From Lama guanicoe (Eukaryota), in NCBI GenBank assembly GCA_013239625.1, contig MU053810.1:620001-684000 (forward strand): a stretch of DNA of 64,000 nucleotides, read 5' to 3'. Below are positions 29,857 through 41,543 of this stretch, in pieces. The translations under genes and the position numbers were made by a program. Position 1 is the stretch's first letter; the number at the start of each line of letters is the position of its first letter. A model generated the notes under the pieces. The model was not told the DNA's origin and ran no database searches. It saw nothing but the letters and a program-made list of their open reading frames with translations.

Positions 29857-30664
29857 TGTTCGTTCACTTTTTAATTCTTCCATCAAAATGTTACTGTGGT
29901 TCCAGAACACAAAGATTACTAATAAGCTACAAATCATAGCCTCAAGGTGCTCACAGTCTTAATAGGAAAACAAACATAAACAAGTTAATGTAATACAGTG
30001 ACTGCTGTGAGTTGTTCAGAGGCTGCTGTGGGAACCCAGGGAGGGGAAGAGACCTAAGCTGGTATATGTGGGGCGGTGGTGACAAGGAATGGTTTCCCCA
30101 AGGACATAAATGCTTGAGCCACTAGTCTGAAAACATTTCTGGGAGAAAGAGCATTCTGGGAAAAGTCATAATATGCACACTAGGGGAAGAGGAGGTCCAG
30201 TTCATGCAGGTTACTAACTATGGCCAGAACTCAAGACCTGTGGGGAATCAGCAGAAAATGAGACTAGATACATAGGCAAGAGCTATACAGTAGTAAGGGC
30301 TGCTTCTAAGGACTCTGAATTTTACCCTATATGTCAGTGGCTTCTAAAGTGGCTTGGCAGGAGGGAGTATGCAAGATGATTCAGGCAAAAGTGTTAGAAC
30401 TTCTATTTTTATTTTTTCTATTTCAGGGTGTGTACTATAACATATTTATAGTCGTGTTACACATATACACACTTTATATCTAAGTAAATGGACATGGGTT
30501 GGGAGTGCATGCTCCTTCTCCCTCTCAAACAATGACTAATCAGAGGAGTGAGGGAATGCAGAAACAGAAGGAAGGTAGTCAAGAACAATAGTGCAGCTAT
30601 GGGATTGGGTCCTGGTTCCTCAAGGGATGAACATAATAATCTGATACACACGTATGAACTCATC

Positions 30665-31250
30665 CATAAAAAAGAACGAAATTTTGCCATTTGCAACAAC
30701 ATGATGGACTTGGAGGGTTTCATGCTTAGTGAAATAAGGATAGAAAAAGACAAATACTGTAGGTTATCACTTATAAGTGGAATCTAAAAAATACAACAAA
30801 CTAGGGGGGAGGGTATAGCTCAAGTGGTAGAGCTCATGCTTAGCATACACAAGGTTCTGAGTTCATATACCCAGCACCTCCTCTAAAACTAAGTAAGTAA
30901 ACCTAATCACCTCCCCCCTTAAAAAAATAAATAAATACAACAAACTAGTGGACATAACAAAGAAAGAAACTCACAGGTATAGAGAACAAGCTAGTGGTTA
31001 CTGGTGGGGGAGAGAGAAAGGAGGAAGGGCAAGGTTGAGAAAAGGAGAAGGGTGGGTATTAAGAGGTACAAACTACTATGTATAATAAAATAGATAAGTT
31101 ACAAGGATGTATTATACAGCACAGGGAATATAACCAATATTTTATAACTATTAATGGAGTATAATCTTTAAAAATGGGGAATCATTATGTTGTACACCTG
31201 AAATTTATATAACATTGTATATCAACTACACCACAACAATAATACAAAAA
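30665..31250 (+). mobile_element. L1 3' end with nested SINE (30805-30932)
   Basis: L1 motif GACTTGGAGGGTTTCATGCTTAGTGAAATAAG; TSD AAATACAACAAACTAG at 30789-30804 and 30933-30948. Confidence 0.88.
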
Positions 31251-31582
31251 AAATTATAAATGGTAAGTAAAACAGTAAATAGAGGCAAATGGGCAAAAGC
31301 TGAATAGAAGTGAATCTAGACCTGCCTCAAGTATCTGAGGTTGCTGATAGCTCATTTTGTGGGCAGGGCGCCGCACGTCAAGCAAGAATCAAGACCAGTT
31401 TTGCACCTCTGTTCCTTTGGAACCTGACCAGCCTAACCAGCCAGAGCTGTCCAATACTTATTTACACCTCGTCAGATCCTGTTGCAAGCCCTAGGCACTG
31501 TTTGGATAAAAATCGGAGGCCAGCGGCACGAATTCAGCAATTTAAGAGAAAGTAAGTTGTGTGGATAAGCTGATACCATCTT

Positions 31583-31696
31583 AGTTTTGGGTTTTTTGAG
31601 GGGTGGGGTTGGGGAAGGAATGAGGTACTGGGGATTGAACCCAGGACCTCATGCATGCTAAACATGCATTCTACCACTGAGCTACACCCTCCCCCA
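31583..31696 (-). mobile_element. tRNA-derived SINE
   Basis: GAGGTACTGGGGATTGAACCCAGGACCTC...CCACTGAGCTACACCCTCCCCC. Confidence 0.88.
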
Positions 31697-32329
31697 TACC
31701 GGTTGTAAAAGTACACTTGGCTCCACATTCGGAAGAAATGGCAAAAATAGCCAATTTCTTAACCTGGTGATTTTATTTAATAATTCAGGGAGATCATTCC
31801 ATTGTAATTTAAAATACTTGCTTGCTAGAACAGGATACTTTCGAAGATGTGTACGGCAAAAGCCTAATTCTTCTTCACCCTGAGGTTCTTTTACCTCGAA
31901 TACCTCAAGCTGCTTCGGGAAATTCCCCCACTGGACTTTCGTAGTCTTTCCAGGACACTCTTAAATCTAGACTCCTTTCCAACCAACTTGTACCTTCCTC
32001 ACCAGCCATATTCTTTAGCCTCTCCAGTTTCCAACTTCCTAAATCTCAAATCTCACCCCAGGAGTTAGTCCAATCAAACTTTCCCTTCTTAGACCTCTTC
32101 CTCATAGTCGCTCCAGGAAACTCCCGAGAGACTCAGGAGGCTAAATTTGTCCTTAATGGCGCTCCGTAATTCGCCTACTGTTTCACCGCCCTTCCTTACC
32201 TCCAGTTAGCTCCGCTCCGCCCCATTCTCGCTTTCCCCCCTCTTCCCCTCCCCCAGTGCCTGCGCTTGCGCACCTCCAATTCAGGCGCTTTCCCTTTCCT
32301 GGCGACCAATCCACTTCCTGCCTCCGGTC

Positions 32330-32627
32330 CTCGGAACGCTCCTCTTCTCAGCTGAGGCCCTCGCTCGCGGTGCTGATTGTGGCTGCCCTACAGATTGCCT
32401 GTATGAAAAATTCGCTCCTCTCATCAAGTGGGCAATTTGAGGCCGCCGCTATGCGTGCGGCACCCGTCTGAGACTTTGCTCGCGATCTTCCATCCCTGAG
32501 CTAAGCTAAAGGCGTGCGGATGCTGGGTGTAGGGAGCGCCGGACTGTTTTCCTATCTGGCAATCGAGTGGACAGTTGTTTCCTTTCTACCCCCCCGCCCC
32601 GCCCCCACTCGCAGCCTGGCCGCGCTG
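32330..32627 (+). other. UPF2: Candidate UPF2 first exon 1a (5' end uncertain)
   Basis: Near-consensus donor CTG|GTGAGT at 32627/32628 inside the CpG island. Confidence 0.55.
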
Positions 32628-32699
32628 GTGAGTGGCGGGCGGGAGGGCCGGCGGGCGGAGGGAGGAGGGGGAGCTCAGGGAAGGCGGGCCCTCGGCTGC

Positions 32700-32786
32700 G
32701 GGCTAGGTGGGGGGAGGGGAGGGGAGAGCCCGAGCGCTGGAGTTGGTGCTGGGAAACCCGGGGCTAATGTTGACAACAGGCTCGAG
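32700..32786 (+). other. UPF2: Candidate UPF2 first exon 1b (5' end uncertain)
   Basis: Near-consensus donor GAG|GTGAGT at 32786/32787. Confidence 0.6.
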
Positions 32787-35700
32787 GTGAGTCCTGGGGA
32801 TCCTCCTTTGCCTTCGCTCCAACGACCGGGAGGAAGCGGGGCTGGGGGGCACCGGCCTGGACTCCGACTCCCTGAGGGACCCAAGAGGCAACTCCGCACC
32901 CCAGCGTTCCGGGGGCGGCGAGCCGGAGCCCGACCGCGGGTCCCGCGGCGTCCTCCTCAGACCCCTCTCTCCTGGAGGCTCCCATCAACGCGGGAGCCCC
33001 CGGGGCAGGCAAGAGGGGCAGTCGAGGGGGGTGCCTGCCCCACATGCCCGGGCTGGGCCTCGGGGCTGGAGGCGGGGGGCCCGCCGTGGCGGGGTGGAGG
33101 GATTTGGGGGTGTGGAGGAGAGCGAGGGGAGGTTGGGGAAAGCTTTTCGGGAGCCGCGAGGGGAGCGAGGGCGAGGAAGCGGGGAGGGTGCGTGTGTGGG
33201 AGGATGTGGAGCGGGGAGACCGGTCTCCGGTGCTGAGGGAGTGTGGGGTGAGAAGTTCGGGTTTGGGGCAGGGATGGTCCGCGAAGGTGACCGTGGATCC
33301 CCGTGGGAAGGGGGGTTGTGGTGGGGAAGCGTGTTGGGTCGCGGCGTGTGGAGCCAGAGCAGGGGTTTGTGGGAGGTGTGTGTGTAGAGGAAGGGGTTTG
33401 GCTGTATTTATTAATGGTGGGCATGGATTATTTGGAGTACTTTTTTTAGCTTCTTGGGGTGATAATTCTTTACTTTGCCTTCATCCCAAGGGTCCTAGTC
33501 TTTCCTTGTTAGCACTGTTGAACTAAGGAGATGATCACGGGGTATTTGCCTCCACATTGGCCAAGCAGAGCCCCCTTACAGATTTGGGGGTACACCTTGG
33601 ACCGGACCATCAGCTCTCTTGCTCTTTTAGGACTTGTACGTAGTGATGCATCAGACTTAAATACAGCTATCATTCACTTTTCTCATTTAGCATGGTGTTT
33701 AGGTGTTTATTAGAATTGTACAGCTCCTCAAGAAAAACCATTTTTGAATTCTGGTGGAATTTGTAAAAACTTTAGAAGAGTCGTCTATATAAGGACGTTT
33801 TTTAAACTCAAAGACTCAGGGGAGGTAATGCCCCTTGTGCGGTTCTGCCCTTAGAACAATTTGAACGAATAACCCAGAAATAAAAGGTAAAACAGCATTC
33901 TCTTTCTCTGGAGTGTTTTCAGAGCAGTCTCATTGTGACTTCACACATAGTCCATATGGTACTTTGTCAGGGATATCTTTAAAAGGGAAACACCTCATTC
34001 TCTGCACTTTCTCCCCCAGTATACTCCATTGGGAGTACCTGTTTTACCAGTAAAGCAGTTTTACTTTCTTTTAGAAGTTCAGAGTATGTTTAGAAAACCA
34101 AATAAAATATACAGCCCAAGGGCTAGGACACTATTTGGGAGCTAAGAAGGTGATTTTAAAGCATGGCTTCCTTTTAAGGACTGTGTGAGTGTAGTTATAC
34201 TCAGTAAAATAACTTGTCAGAGCTAATCATATTCCAATTAAAAATCACTCATTTTTATCCTATTTTACTTAAAAGTTCTGGTTTTTGAAAACAATTGAGG
34301 TGAAGTATTTATTAAAGCATAAGTTTATTAAAATAATTTACAGAAATTTTAGCATTTCATTAAATACAATTTAATGCTTAGTTTAATTTTTTTTAAATTG
34401 ATGTTATACAAATGCATACTAATCTGAATCATGCTGTTAGTATCTTTTATTTGGCTTTTTAAAGCTCAGGGTCAGTCAGGGAGTATAGTGGAAAAGAGCC
34501 TTGGACGTAGATTCTCAACTCAGCCACTAGACTAGTTGTATAATCCTGGGTGGGTCACTGTAAAAATGGAGAATTGGAGTAGATGAAATCTAGTTCTCCG
34601 AACTCTAAAAATCTCTCATTTTAGGAGGAACTTTTCGGTGTTCTCTGCGAAAGAGAATAGACATTTGTAGACCGCGTCCTTCATGCTACTGCATACTAGC
34701 AGAACTCTTAACTAGAAGTAAGAGAGGTGGCAGTGTCTCCATTTTATTGATGAATAGAAGTTTCCTAGCTCAGTTTCCATACTAGCAGTTTGCAGGGTTG
34801 GGATGCAACCTTAAAATCTCACTAACTAATGCTCATGTTGTTTTCACATGTTGCATTGCTGCCTTTCCATGAACCTTTAGATTTTCATCATATTTTTTGT
34901 TCACAGAAATCTGGTTCCAAGTGTACTTTGGGTATATATTTGTAATATAAGGATGAAGTCATTCAAAGAAGATGCCAGTACCAGGACTTAAGGGTTTTAT
35001 TGAGAATCTGTTTTGTTATGCTCTAGAGCAGAATCTAGTTCCTGGATGCCTACTATGGTTTGATACAGAAGGCACCTAAAAATCTATTGAATAAATGAAT
35101 AACATAGGAAGTCACAGAAATTTGGGAGATCTGTTGTACTGATAAATGATTCTTTATGAATTTGTCAGATTCTAAGGGAATTGCTTAGTGTTTTCACAGA
35201 ACTTAATATCTAATTTCATGTTCATAAATGAGATATTAATTATAAATTTTGATGCAGTTCTTTTTTTTAACACCTTTATTGTGGTAAATGCTGTTCTTTT
35301 CATATTCTGAGAACTGTACTTTCTTGTATCAGTGGAAATGTCGCTTGTTGCTGCCTCATATCAAAAAATACAAATTCTGTATAAACGTTATTACTATTTT
35401 TTGCACATAATGATAAATATCCCAAAGTAAGATTGTATTGTTAAGAATTAACTTGTCCCCATAACGTTTTAGCTAGAATCCACCAAAAGTTAAAATGTAA
35501 TATAAAAACTCCTTAGCTGTCATCAGGGACTCTTTCTATTCTGAGATACGTAATTCTGTGATCTGTTGTAGTCAGTATCTGTGATCAAGTTTTTCAGCTG
35601 ACGATTTCATACTCTCAAGGTTCTTAATAACTTTGGTTAAGAGTATGTTCAGATTCCAGCTCTGTCACCAGTGGTGGAGGCCTTGGTCAAGTTACTTGGT

Positions 35701-36578
35701 CAGGTCTCAGTTTACTTATTTATAAAAAAGGGAAAATAATACCTTCCTCAGAGATGTTAGTATTAAGTGAGGTAATGTATGTACCATGTTTACTGTGGTA
35801 CCAGTGAGTAATAGCTGTTAGTAGTTTCTCTTTTGAAAGTTTGCTTGCTTTAGGGCAAAGGTGGGTATTTAATCGAAGCTGCATGAGAATTGATGACTAC
35901 AGTTCCCAGATAATATAAACACTATCTTGCCACATAAGTAATTATGCTCTTACATATTTTAATGATTGTTTAAACAGAATTAACAGCCTTTTTTTTTAGA
36001 GTTCCACTGATGGGGTTAACCAAAGCCTTAGGGTGTCATTGTCAGAGTAAATGCATAGAATGTGGAAGTGGAGGAGAGTAAGAGAGTAAAACAGAAAAAG
36101 GGGGAGGAAGAGGTGGCTAAGGGAAGGGACAGACTATGGCATGTACTTCTATTGGCCTAGGTTGTCTTTCTGTGATATTTTATTGGAGTGCTGAAATAAA
36201 TGGTTTGTGTTTATAAAATACTTATTATTGCAAATGGTTTGTTTGCTAACCTAGTTTTTATTGATTTAATTTAAAACCTATGTTTGAAAATACTTAAGAA
36301 TACTATGTTTGTCTTTAGCTTTTAATAAAAAACTAGGTAGTTTAAGTAATCCTATACTTCTTAAATGGAAGTATTTTGATTTTCTTGTATACAACTTTCA
36401 GATGATTTAGGAGTTAAGTAAAACATGAAGCTCTGTCCATAAAATAAATTATATTAGAACTCTAAGTTCTAAGTAGAGATGTATTTTTAGAAAAGAAAAC
36501 CATACATTTTGCTGGGGAATACATTTTTTTATTCCAGAGTTTATTTCCAGTTAACTGTATGGAGCCTGTACTGTAGAG

Positions 36579-37010
36579 CAGTGCTGTCCAATAGAACTTC
36601 CTACGGTGAGGAAAATGTTTAGTATCTGCACTGTCCAATGTTGTAGCCACTAGCCACATGTGGAAATGAGCACTTGAAATACGGAGAGTGGCTGGAGAAC
36701 TGAATTTCAAATTCTGTTTGATTTTAATTGATTTACAGCGTGAGTAGCCACATGTGGCTGGTGCAGTGGTTTTCAGCTGGTTGTGATTTTGCCTCCAGGG
36801 GGCATTTGGTGATGGCCAGAATAATTTTTGTTTTTCAAAGCTGGGGAGATACTACTGGCATTTGCTGTATAAAAGGCAGGGATGCTGTGTTTAAACTTCG
36901 TATAGTGCGCAGGATGGTATCTCCCTCCTCCCCACCCAGAGAATTGTCATGCCCAAAATGTCTGCTCCTGAGGTTGAGAAATCCTGGCTGGTGGTTTTTG
37001 TATTGGCAGG
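36579..37010. mobile_element. MER3-like hAT element with MER20-like element nested at 36764-36986
   Basis: CAGTGCTGTCCAATAGAACTT start; insert CAGTGGTTTTCAG...GTTGAGAAATCCTG flanked by GCTGGTG on both sides. Confidence 0.75.
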
Positions 37011-37706
37011 TATTAGAACAGAATATACAGATGTTATCATCATGTTTATTTATAAATTAATTTTGACTGATACTAATAAAGAGATGAAAAACCTAGTCTA
37101 AGTTGTGGTAGTTAACCGTTTTTGTGTTTGAAAGTTTGATGAGGTTAATTAGAGCATGAAGTGAAATCTGTGAATCTTGTCCATTTTGTCAGTTGCTTTA
37201 TAGGAGGCAAGAGTTCGTTTATGTTCCCACTTAAATATTTGTATTGAATATTATATGAAATCATGTCACCAGTATTTCTTAACGGCTGTGAAATGGGATG
37301 AAAACTAATTCAAAATGTTCTCAGGTACATACTGAACTGTTATGATTAGGTGATAGGTTGTTTTGAAGTTGATAGTGGTTGAATCTGGGTAATGAGTACG
37401 TGGTAATGAGTACTTCTGTTGTGCTCTCTACCTTTGTGTTTGAATTTTTCTTTAATAAATAAAGTAGAAAAAAAAAGTCCTTAGACATAGGCATACCTAA
37501 TAATTATAGAATATGGAATGTGACCGGTGAATTATTTTATCACAGAGCTAGTCTTCATTTTGTATGCATTTTATTTAATCTCCCACAGTTGCCAAGTTGC
37601 ATTAATATGTTCCACTTAACAAAATAGTGTCACATCACTAAAAAAAAGTCATTGCATCTACAATGCTGACATTCTTTTACTCTTACAGATTTTCCTGGGT
37701 AACATA

Positions 37707-38068
37707 ATGCCAGCTGAGCGTAAAAAGCCAGCAAGTATGGAAGAAAAAGAATCTTTACTAAACAACAAGGAAAAAGACTGCAGTGAAAGGCGGCCAGTGA
37801 GCAGCAGAGAGAAACCAAAAGACGAGATCAAACTTACCACCAAGAAGGAGGTTATTAAGGTCCCTGAAGATAAGAAGAAGAAACTGGAAGAAGATAAGAG
37901 AAAAAAAGATGACAAGGAACGAAAGAAAAAAGAAGAAGAAAAGGTGAAGGCAGAGGAGGAATTAAAGAAAAAAGAGGAAGAAGAGAAAAAGAAACACGAG
38001 GAAGAAGAGAGAAAGAAGCAAGAAGAGCAGGTGAAACGTCAGCAGGAAGAGGAGGCTGCCCAGTTGAA
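37707..38068 (+). CDS. UPF2: UPF2 exon 2 coding part (Lys/Glu-rich N-terminus)
   Basis: Acceptor AG 37687-37688, ATG 37707, donor GTAAGA at 38069. Confidence 0.96.
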
Positions 38069-38172
38069 GTAAGAACGTTTATTTTAATTACTGATGTGCG
38101 GGAATGGGAAGATATGAATGTTTTGGAAAAACGGTGATTATTTGAAATAAAACTTCCAGGGTGCAGTTTCTT

Positions 38173-38464
38173 TTTTTTTTTTTTTTTAATAATTTTTGTT
38201 TGTTTGTTTGTTTTGCAGGGGGGAGGTAATTAGGTTTATTTATTTTTTTTACTTTTTCAGTGGAGGTACTGGGGATTGAACCTAGGACCTAGTGCATGCT
38301 AAGCAGGCACTCTACTATTTGAGCTATACCCCCCCCCTAAATTGTTTTGAGAGAGGAGGTAATTAGGTTTATTTATTTTTTTTTTAATGGTGGTACTGGG
38401 GATTGAACCCAGGACCTCGTGCATGCTGAGCACGGGCTCTGTCACTGAGCTGTACCCTCCCCTG
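38173..38464 (-). mobile_element. Two head-to-tail tRNA-derived SINE units inside one TSD
   Basis: TSD GGGTGCAGTTTCTT at 38159-38172 and 38465-38478. Confidence 0.9.
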
Positions 38465-38689
38465 GGGTGCAGTTTCTTGAGAGTTGAGAGAGTCTTAATT
38501 TACTTGTTCTGTGAGTTTTACTGACTAGAGGCATGCTTATGGTGCTTTCATTCTTTAAATTAATTAGTATTAATCTTTAATAAATATTTGTTGATGTGTA
38601 GGGCAATCTGGGTTGTTTTTGTTTTTTAAAAAAGCTTTTTTTCACAGTAAAATACACCATCTTTCTAAGTTGAAAATCTTTAGTTCTTA

Positions 38690-38925
38690 ATGGTTGCTCT
38701 TTGTTGAGTTCCTATTATGTGCCAGGCACTACGATTGTGTCAGTACATGTCTTTAAGGCAGCCCTAATGAAGTAAGCTTTATGATTTTCATTTTACAGAT
38801 TACTGAAACGAAACTTTGAGAGGTTAGATGACTTGCCTAAAATCACAGTAGACAGTTGAACAGCTGGGATTTGAAGCTAGGTTGGGCTGAGTTTAAAACC
38901 TTTGTTCTTGAGCACAATTCCATAA
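38690..38925 (-). mobile_element. MIR-like SINE
   Basis: CATTTTACAGAT...GAGAGGTTAGATGACTTGCCTAA...GGGATTTGAA. Confidence 0.65.
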
Positions 38926-39158
38926 TGCCTCCCATTTTTATCTTTATCTAAATTATTTTTAGCCTTGTAGATCTGTGCAAGTGATACAATGAACTGGGAA
39001 ACAACGACATAGTCCTTATGGGAAGACTACCAGGATGTAGCAGAAGTGACAGTTCTTGACTAGTGCATGAGCTTTTCTCTTCATACGTGTAATTTAAAAA
39101 GCTGTTTGCACACATGAATTTTCATGAATCTCCAAAACAGCTCAGCTACCTACTTTCT

Positions 39159-39298
39159 TTTTTTGTTGTTGTTGTTTTGTTTGTTTTGAGGAGAGGTAAT
39201 AAGGTTTATTTACTTATTTTAGTGGAGGTACTGGGGATTGAAGCCAGGACCTCGTGCCTCCTAGGCATGCACTACCACTGAGCTATACCTTCCCCCTT
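39159..39298 (-). mobile_element. tRNA-derived SINE
   Basis: Near-perfect TSD AGCTACC(T/C)ACTTTCT at 39144-39158 and 39299-39313. Confidence 0.88.
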
Positions 39299-40763
39299 AG
39301 CTACCCACTTTCTCACTGAAGTTCTTTAGGATCTCTGTTTTTAATGAGGAACTGGAGCCTTAGGTCTGAAAGGCAACAGAAGTGGCCAGTTTTGGCATAT
39401 TCAGACCATGATTCTTAAGAGTTCCTTGCTTATTTTCTACTTTACTTTAAAAAAAATCACAAGGATATTTAATTTCATTATAGCTTTTTTTCTCTCACTG
39501 CGCCAAATAAACAGCTTAAAAAAACATTAACAGCAACCAAAACCCCAACTTCTTATTGGGAAAAACCTACCACTCCTCCCCATCTACCCAGCATCAACAA
39601 TTATCCACTTTTTTCCTCTGCAGTACTTTAAAGCATCACATTATTTCAACTGTAAATATAAATATGTATTCATTATATATCCAAGTGTTTTTTAATTAAG
39701 ATGATGGTTGAGTTATTTAACGCGTATACATAACGAGTTATGCTTTCTTAAAGTATACTCTCACTGCTAATCTTGTGTGTGTGTGTGTGGCTGGGAGACT
39801 TCAGGAGGTACTCACATGTCTGTGTTCCCAGCAATAGATGCCAGTCTCTGTTGACATACTGTGGCTTTTAGCAGAAAAAAAACAGAGAATTGTAGGGTAG
39901 CTCAGGGATGGTTATCTCAGAAGGATGAAAATCTATTTTTTAAGAAATTTTTATTTTAAAGTTACGTATTTTGCATCAGATTGTCCCCACTCTCCCACTT
40001 CAGCCCAAGGCACTTTACTACTTATGCAGTTTAAACATGTTCCATCTTTTTAGTGGAAACGTAGGTAATTTGTTCTTAATTATTCTTTTAAGGATAAGCT
40101 GAGTCTGTTAACCTTTTATTAAAGGGCTTTTATCTTACAGTTCTCTGGTTCCTTTACAAGTTTTCTTAGTTACACTTGAATTTTAAGACCTGAACCTAGC
40201 AAGGTACTTTATTAGTAATATAAGTTGTTTAATGCTGAAGTATGGAAATATGGTACTTTGAAAACATTTCAAAATATTTTAATGCATTCTTTTATAATGT
40301 TTATTCTTTAATGAAAGTACTTTTCGTGGACCTTTTTTTTTTTTCTGTTTTCCCAATGCTTTTGTTTGTTTTAGGTTTTATGTCTTTCCTAAGCATATTA
40401 TTTTGTTTATTCATATTAAGCATCATGTGTTTTATCCATTTATTTTTTTCAGCTTTATAAAAGGTGTAGTTGACAAAAGTGTTTTTTGTCCATTTAACTT
40501 GCCAGTTGGCAGAATGATTTTTAATCTAGTTATTCAAAATCCTCTACTCTGCCACATTTGGTGTTATCAGTAGACTGGGTTCTCATTATCTTGTTATTAA
40601 TCAAATGTCTTTAAAGTAGTGAAAGGGCCTCTTGCATCTTTTGTTCCTCTTGGATTCTGTTGCTTATCTTGTCACTTTTTCGTTGGCTTTCTTAGAGGAT
40701 TCATCAGTGATGCTTCAAAATATACAGGGTATTTTACTTACTTGTGTGTTTTTTTTTATGTAG

Positions 40764-41543
40764 AGAGAAAGAAGAATCCGTTCAGCTTCATCAGGAAGCT
40801 TGGGAACGCCATCAGTTAAGGAAGGAATTTCGTAGCAAAAACCAAAATGCTCCAGATAACCGGCCAGAGGAAAATTTCTTTAGCCGACTAGACTCAAGTT
40901 TGAAGAAAAATACCGCTTTTGTCAAGAAGTTAAAAACTATTACGGAACAACAGAGAGACTCCTTGTCCCATGATTTTAATGGCCTAAATTTAAGCAAATA
41001 CATTGCAGAGGCTGTAGCTTCTATTGTGGAAGCGAAGCTGAAAATCTCTGATGTGAATTGTGCTGTGCACTTATGCTCTCTCTTTCACCAGCGCTACGCC
41101 GACTTCGCCCCATCACTTCTTCAGGTTTGGAAAAAACATTTTGAAGCAAGGAAAGAAGAGAAAACACCTAACATTACCAAGTTAAGAACCGATTTGCGTT
41201 TCATTGCAGAGTTGACAATAGTTGGGATTTTCACTGACAAGGAAGGTCTTTCCTTAATCTATGAACAGCTAAAAAATATTATTAACGCTGACCGGGAATC
41301 CCATACTCATGTTTCTGTGGTGATTAGTTTTTGTCGACATTGTGGAGATGATATTGCTGGACTTGTACCAAGGAAAGTAAAGAGTGCCGCAGAGAAGTTT
41401 AATTTGAGTTTTCCTCCTAGTGAGATCATTAGTCCAGAGAAACAGCAACCTTTCCAGAATCTTTTAAAAGAATACTTTACGTCTTTGACCAAACACCTGA
41501 AAAGGGACCACAGGGAGCTACAGAATACTGAGAGACAAAACAG
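40764..41543 (+). CDS. UPF2: UPF2 exon 3 (780 nt; MIF4G-1)
   Basis: AG 40762-40763, GT 41544; EKEESVQLHQEAWERH...DHRELQNTERQN. Confidence 0.97.

Larger units (their letters stand above)
32150..33350 (+). promoter_or_regulatory. UPF2 CpG island/promoter: NRF1-like palindrome TGCGCTTGCGCA (32261-32272), CCAAT (32306-32310), ETS CACTTCCTG (32312-32320), GC boxes (~32591-32606)
   Basis: CpG-dense region upstream of the first UPF2 coding exon; motifs read directly. Confidence 0.8.

Noticed and set aside
22892..32330. Shared bidirectional promoter for DHTKD1 and UPF2
   Set aside because: Two separate CpG islands about 9 kb apart with repeat-filled spacer
32628..33526. Long Gly/Arg/Pro-rich ORFs in the UPF2 CpG island
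   Set aside because: GC-composition artefacts downstream of the splice donors
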